Origin: Candidatus Calescibacterium sp.
Lineage (GTDB): Bacteria; Calescibacteriota; Calescibacteriia; Calescibacteriales; Calescibacteriaceae
Assembly: GCA_032249135.1 (NCBI GenBank)
Contig: JAVVGL010000018.1
Coordinates: forward strand, 1-40,990
DNA length: 40,990 nt
Direction: 5' to 3'
Positions within the stretch are counted from its first letter, which is position 1. Every line of letters starts with the position of its first letter. Shown piece after piece: positions 37,687 through 40,990 of the stretch. A model generated the notes under the pieces. The model searched no databases. It was not told the origin of the DNA and saw only the letters and a list, made by a program, of their open reading frames with translations. A program made the translations under genes and the position numbers.

Positions 37687-38451
37687 ATGATTTTGAAATG
37701 TGAAGACATAAATTTGAGTTTTGGGGGAGTAAAAGCATTATCAGGAGTTTCGCTTGAAGTCAAAAAAGGTGAGATTTTAGGCATAATAGGTCCTAACGGT
37801 TCCGGTAAAACCTCTCTTTTTAATGTAATAACAGGAATATATAAACCAGATAGCGGTAAAGTTTTCTTTGAGCAAAATGGAAAACTCGTTGATATTACAG
37901 GTCTTCCACCCCATAAGATAGCAAGGCTCGGAATCTCAAGAACTTTCCAAAACATAAAGCTTTTCAGCTATCTTACAGTTTTAGACAATATTCTTATTGG
38001 AAGAAATATTTATTTCAAGGCTGGAATCTTCAGAGTAATATCTGGGCTCCACAGAAAAGACTATGAAAAAAATAGGGAAATTGTAGAAGAAATAATTGAT
38101 TTTCTTGATATGAAACCTTATAGATACTCTTTTGCTCGTGATATACCTTTGGGTGTGAGGAAAAAAGTTGAATTAGCCCGGGCTCTGGTCCAGATGCCAA
38201 AACTTCTTCTCCTTGATGAACCTACCTCAGGTCTCACATACGAGGAAAAATCTGAGTTCCTCTACTATGTGAAAGAAATAAACGAAAAGTTTGGCATAAC
38301 TTTGGTTGTTATAGAGCACGATGTAAAAGTAATAAGTTCAATTGCGAACAGAGTTATCGCACTTGATTTCGGGATTAAAGTCGCAGAAGGTTCAGCTCAC
38401 GAAGTTCTGAACCATCCACGAGTTATAGAATCTTATCTTGGAGCTCCATAA
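37687..38451 (+). CDS. ABC transporter ATP-binding protein, LivG-like (branched-chain amino acid family)
   Basis: FGGVKAL, GPNGSGKT, GISRTFQN, LLLLDEP, IEHD, VIESYLG. Start probably ATG 37687. Confidence 0.9.
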   Translation: MILKCEDINLSFGGVKALSGVSLEVKKGEILGIIGPNGSGKTSLFNVITGIYKPDSGKVFFEQNGKLVDITGLPPHKIARLGISRTFQNIKLFSYLTVLDNILIGRNIYFKAGIFRVISGLHRKDYEKNREIVEEIIDFLDMKPYRYSFARDIPLGVRKKVELARALVQMPKLLLLDEPTSGLTYEEKSEFLYYVKEINEKFGITLVVIEHDVKVISSIANRVIALDFGIKVAEGSAHEVLNHPRVIESYLGAP

Positions 38452-38484
38452 TTTTGTTTGTTAGCCCTCTTACTTTTTGTCTTT

Positions 38485-40029
38485 TTATTTTCTTTCATCT
38501 AATTTGAATTTTGAGAATATCTCGGTCAGATTTTTGGAAAATAAATTGAGAGATTTTGCCTCCTCTGAAATCTTCTTTACTCCCTCAACCCCTCTCTCTA
38601 TATTAGATGTTGTCTCAAAAATGTTTCTTGTAGATTCCCGTATAGTTGAAGCTTGTTGTTCTATTGACGAAGAAATAGCAGAAATGAGCTCTGTTGCTCT
38701 TGCAACCAATCCTCTTATCTCCTCAACAATCTGAACAACAGATTTTGACTCCTCACCCGAAGATACAACAATATTTTTCAGACTATCAAACCTCTCCGCA
38801 ACCTGAGTTAGCGTAGATATAAATTCATTCAAATTTTTCTTTATTTGCCCTGATTCCTCCGATGTTCTACCAGCAAGCTTTCTGACTTCATCCGCAACGA
38901 CTGAGAAACCTCTACCGGCATCCCCTGCTCTTGCGGCTTCTATTGCTGCATTCAAAGCTAAAAGATTTGTCTGGTCTGCTATATCTTCTATAACCTCTAC
39001 TATGTCTTGCAGACCCTTCGCTCTCTCTACAATCCCCATTATTACTCCATACATCTCTTCAAAGTCTTTTGTCATCTTGATTATTGATTCATAAGACTTT
39101 ATAACTTTTGCTTTCCCAGTTTCAGCAGTTGAATCTACTTTCTTTTGGAAGTTCAAAATTTCGTTTGCATTTTTTGAAATTTCAGATGCCGTTGAGCTCA
39201 TCTCTTCAAAGGCTGTGGATACAGCAGAAAGTGAGTTCAAATTCTGTATTAATCTACTTGATGTTTCTGCTGCCATTTCTTGAAATTTACCCGCTAAATC
39301 AACAAGTTTTAAAGCTACATCTTTTAAAGTAAGAAGAATTTGAGATATTGTATCCAAAAACAGATTAAAATTGGTTCCGAGTTCTGCTATTTCGTCTTTA
39401 CCTTTTACTTTTATTCTCTTTGTAAGGTCAGCCCCACCTTCTGAAAGCTTTTTGAGAAAAATTGCAACCTGCCTTATACTTGAAGAAATACTGTTTGAAA
39501 AGAAAATAGCAAAAATAACATACCCTATTACTACCAGCACTATAATAATCCAAGATAACAATAAAGCCCTGTTGACTATTGAATAAGAGGTTTTTACGAT
39601 TGCATCTTTTAGATTTTGCTGTGCCAAATTCAGACGATTTGAAGATTCAGATAATTTGTCAATCTCCACCTCTCCTCTTATAACTTTCCCAACACTCGCA
39701 ATATACTCAAAAACCGCATTGTTTAGCTCTTCTACTTCTTTCTCAATTTCCTTAAGCACTTTTAGCTTCTCTAAATTTTGAGTGATTTTTTCAATAGCCT
39801 CCTTACCACCTTCCTGAATAATTTTCTCATCTTTAAATTGAATAGCTTCTGTGGCAATATCTCGAATTTTCTTTATAGAACTTTCCAATTCAAAAGCATA
39901 ACTCAGATAAAAGCTTTTGTCCAGAGCCGACTTTGCTGAAACTTGCAAAAGAACAGAGACAAGAATGAATAAAAAAAGTCCAGTAAAAAAAGAAAGAAGT
40001 ATTTTTCCTCTTATACTTAAAAAGCCCAT
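38485..40029 (-). CDS. Methyl-accepting chemotaxis protein (TM-periplasmic helical sensor-TM-HAMP-signalling domain)
   Basis: Two TM helices, HAMP motif ADLTKRI..DEIAEL..FN, hairpin tip [37 protein letters not shown]. Confidence 0.96.
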   Translation of the reverse strand: MGFLSIRGKILLSFFTGLFLFILVSVLLQVSAKSALDKSFYLSYAFELESSIKKIRDIATEAIQFKDEKIIQEGGKEAIEKITQNLEKLKVLKEIEKEVEELNNAVFEYIASVGKVIRGEVEIDKLSESSNRLNLAQQNLKDAIVKTSYSIVNRALLLSWIIIVLVVIGYVIFAIFFSNSISSSIRQVAIFLKKLSEGGADLTKRIKVKGKDEIAELGTNFNLFLDTISQILLTLKDVALKLVDLAGKFQEMAAETSSRLIQNLNSLSAVSTAFEEMSSTASEISKNANEILNFQKKVDSTAETGKAKVIKSYESIIKMTKDFEEMYGVIMGIVERAKGLQDIVEVIEDIADQTNLLALNAAIEAARAGDAGRGFSVVADEVRKLAGRTSEESGQIKKNLNEFISTLTQVAERFDSLKNIVVSSGEESKSVVQIVEEIRGLVARATELISAISSSIEQQASTIRESTRNIFETTSNIERGVEGVKKISEEAKSLNLFSKNLTEIFSKFKLDERK

Positions 40030-40081
40030 TTCAAAACTACCTTCTTATTATCATCTTTCTACTTCATTTTTACTCAAAGCC

Positions 40082-40513
40082 TCATTTTATCAAAATTTTC
40101 ACATCAGAAGTAGCTTTTCCTTGCGAGACCACACCTATTGCACATTTAGTAGTTCTTACACGAGATATTATTTCGTCATCCGGGATTCTCTTTGGACCTG
40201 CTCCCTCACCAGATAATGCCCTTTTTAGCCAGTGAGAGTTAAATTCAGGAACTCTTATTCCCAAAACACTTTGAACAAAATCAGAAAAAACAGTCTCATC
40301 TTTTGATATATAAAGTTCTACAGGATAGCTATCAACTGACCTTTTATATCCTAAAAACACCATCTTTATTTCATCTGTTCCAAGAGTTGGGCAAGCAGGA
40401 TTTGTTATGACAGCGAACCTTCCTTGTGCCAGCGCATTAGAGTTCAACATCAGAACTACCATCAAAAACCCTGTCAGACCAAAAAATATTTTTTTGTTTT
40501 TCATCATAACCAT
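40082..40513 (-). CDS. Small secreted protein resembling a single lobe of a phosphate-binding-type (PBP2) substrate-binding protein
   Basis: Signal peptide ending ALA-Q; AVITNP, EIKMVFLG, F...W....SG.G..P, V.....AIG. SD AGGAGG suggests the start may be ATG 40507. Confidence 0.65.
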   Translation of the reverse strand: MVMMKNKKIFFGLTGFLMVVLMLNSNALAQGRFAVITNPACPTLGTDEIKMVFLGYKRSVDSYPVELYISKDETVFSDFVQSVLGIRVPEFNSHWLKRALSGEGAGPKRIPDDEIISRVRTTKCAIGVVSQGKATSDVKILIK

Positions 40514-40525
40514 TCACCTCCTTTT

Positions 40526-40990
40526 TTAAAATGCATAGGCAATTCCAAAACCAAAAATCTGCTTCGCTTTCTCTTTACCTTGAACTAAATTTCTGAATTC
40601 AAGCTTCAAAACAAGCTGGCTGAACGGAGAAACATTAACGCCAAAAACAATATTCCCTATTGTATCATCTTTTTTATCCAAATCTGGATCCAAAGTATCA
40701 TACATCACATAGGGGAGCAAAGACCACTGGTCTGATATGTGCCAAAGATAAGATAAAAGTGCATACCAAGAGAGAGCTTTTTGTTTGTCTTTTGTGTAAT
40801 GAGCCACCTCTCCCCATAGCTGAATTTTTCCGGGTCCAATTTCAGAAATAGATAAGATTGAGTGTCCGCCAAGCGTTGTATGCCTTACATTATCAAAATC
40901 TTTATCGGTATAAAAATCAAAACCTAAAAGAGAGCCTTGGAAGATACCTGATGGGACACGCCCGAAAAGATGAACTCCAACGGCTTTATC
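40526..40990 (-). CDS. Outer-membrane beta-barrel porin-like protein, 3' part (5' end outside the window)
   Basis: The frame is open to the window edge (DKAVGVHLFGRV...QLWGEVAHY...). Alternating amphipathic strands; C-terminal IFGFGIAYAF ends in Phe as expected for a BAM signal. Confidence 0.75.
   Translation of the reverse strand, partial: DKAVGVHLFGRVPSGIFQGSLLGFDFYTDKDFDNVRHTTLGGHSILSISEIGPGKIQLWGEVAHYTKDKQKALSWYALLSYLWHISDQWSLLPYVMYDTLDPDLDKKDDTIGNIVFGVNVSPFSQLVLKLEFRNLVQGKEKAKQIFGFGIAYAF

Overview
AT-rich bacterial chromosomal window from a diderm (waaA, a porin, a lipoprotein), chemotactic organism. A thermophilic or deep-branching lineage is plausible but is inference only. Most genes are housekeeping genes in a scrambled order: suhB, purH, gltA, slt, nadK, ribBA, tuf-rpmG-tRNA-Trp-secE-nusG, waaA, tRNA-Thr, sirC-like, tatA/B, hslU, cheB, gatB and a livG-like ATPase. 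There are two accessory modules. (i) A TaqI-like type II restriction-modification pair whose endonuclease gene is broken by one in-frame TGA at a position that aligns with Trp. (ii) A minus-strand surface-glycan cluster (FkbM MTase, GT11, GT-A, two class I MTases, GT4, a decayed GT2 remnant) followed by a Wzy_C/O-antigen-ligase-TPR protein. Other points: a GMC-oxidoreductase homologue lacking its catalytic residues, both tRNA genes ending N73-CCCA, a 4-Cys insertion in EF-Tu, an A24 tract between hslU and cheB, a porin/small periplasmic protein/MCP triad, and a truncated GC-rich structured element at the left edge. I saw no CRISPR array, transposase, integrase or prophage gene, and I cannot show a wholly new system from the sequence alone. 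All family assignments come from motif recognition and recalled reference sequences, not from database searches.
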